From positions 1-34,557 of the IMG/VR virus record IMGVR_UViG_3300020594_000244: 34,557 nucleotides of DNA; one strand, 5' to 3'. This DNA comes from a virus (Duplodnaviria; Caudoviricetes). A program made the position numbers and the translations under genes. The notes beneath the pieces were generated by a model. It was not told where the DNA came from. It did not search any database and saw only the letters and a list, made by a program, of their open reading frames with translations. Of the stretch, positions 34,309 through 34,557 are shown in pieces. Each line of letters begins with the position of its first letter. The stretch's first letter is position 1.

Positions 34309-34557
34309 TCAAGGCATGCGTTGGCGCAGTTCCGCGATGATCGCGTCGAGCTTCTTTTCGGTTTCCGGCGTGGCGCCGAAATCTGCCATCACAGCCGCTC
34401 GCAGTGCATCGAAATCGAGCTTTCCTGTGGTCGCCAACTGCACGACGGCAGCTTCGAGGACGCCGGCGCGCTTGATCGCGTGATCCGCCAGCTGGCCTGC
34501 AATTCGGGCGCTCTGCTGCACCGCAGTCAGCTTCGAATTCAAAACCGCATCATCCAT
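34309..34557 (-). CDS. Hypothetical protein convergent on the portal (start may lie beyond the window)
   Basis: Open frame to the window edge; helical composition; somewhat lower GC. Confidence 0.5.
   Translation of the reverse strand: MDDAVLNSKLTAVQQSARIAGQLADHAIKRAGVLEAAVVQLATTGKLDFDALRAAVMADFGATPETEKKLDAIIAELRQRMP

Larger units (their letters stand above)
1..34557. mobile_element. P2-like temperate myovirus prophage (interior; both ends lie outside the window)
   Basis: Full P2 set recognisable: portal Q and terminase P divergent from O-N-M-L-X-lysis-R-S-J-I-H-G, V-W-FI-FII-E/E'-T-U-D, plus ogr and cI/cro. Confidence 0.97.

Noticed and set aside
1-34557. CRISPR array, tRNA/rRNA, IS element, integrase or att site
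   Set aside because: No regularly spaced repeats, cloverleaf, transposase or recombinase motifs were seen by eye

Overview
The whole 34.5 kb window is the interior of one apparently intact P2-like (Peduoviridae-type) myovirus prophage in a high-GC alphaproteobacterium. A Sphingomonadaceae host is inferred from a GTTC-N7-GTTC LexA box and a DUF6771-like gene. No integrase, att site or host gene is visible. From left to right: (1) a leftward early operon (cro-like, cII-like, ogr/delta, a P4-alpha-like Zn-finger/TOPRIM/helicase replicase in place of P2 gpA, then an accessory string of HD hydrolase, J-domain protein, MazG-like protein, DUF5131, ASCH and a DNA amino-methyltransferase running off the left edge). 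(2) A lambda-type S24 cI repressor with three 18-bp operators. (3) A ~3 kb accessory locus between cI and gpD, holding two membrane-protein morons and a LexA-boxed four-gene operon that ends in a membrane-anchored thermonuclease and an unlisted 45-aa membrane peptide. (4) A complete P2-type tail, lysis and head module with V-W relocated, an extra receptor-binding protein, an E/E' -1 frameshift and three GCGTTGTA-N11-TACAAC late-promoter elements. The best candidates for new biology are the SOS-regulated nuclease cassette, the nucleotide/DNA-modification-like cluster, the half-site shared by repressor operators and late activator sites, and the repeated C-terminal Ala-Ala tags on early proteins. 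All family assignments come from motif recognition by eye; no searches were run.
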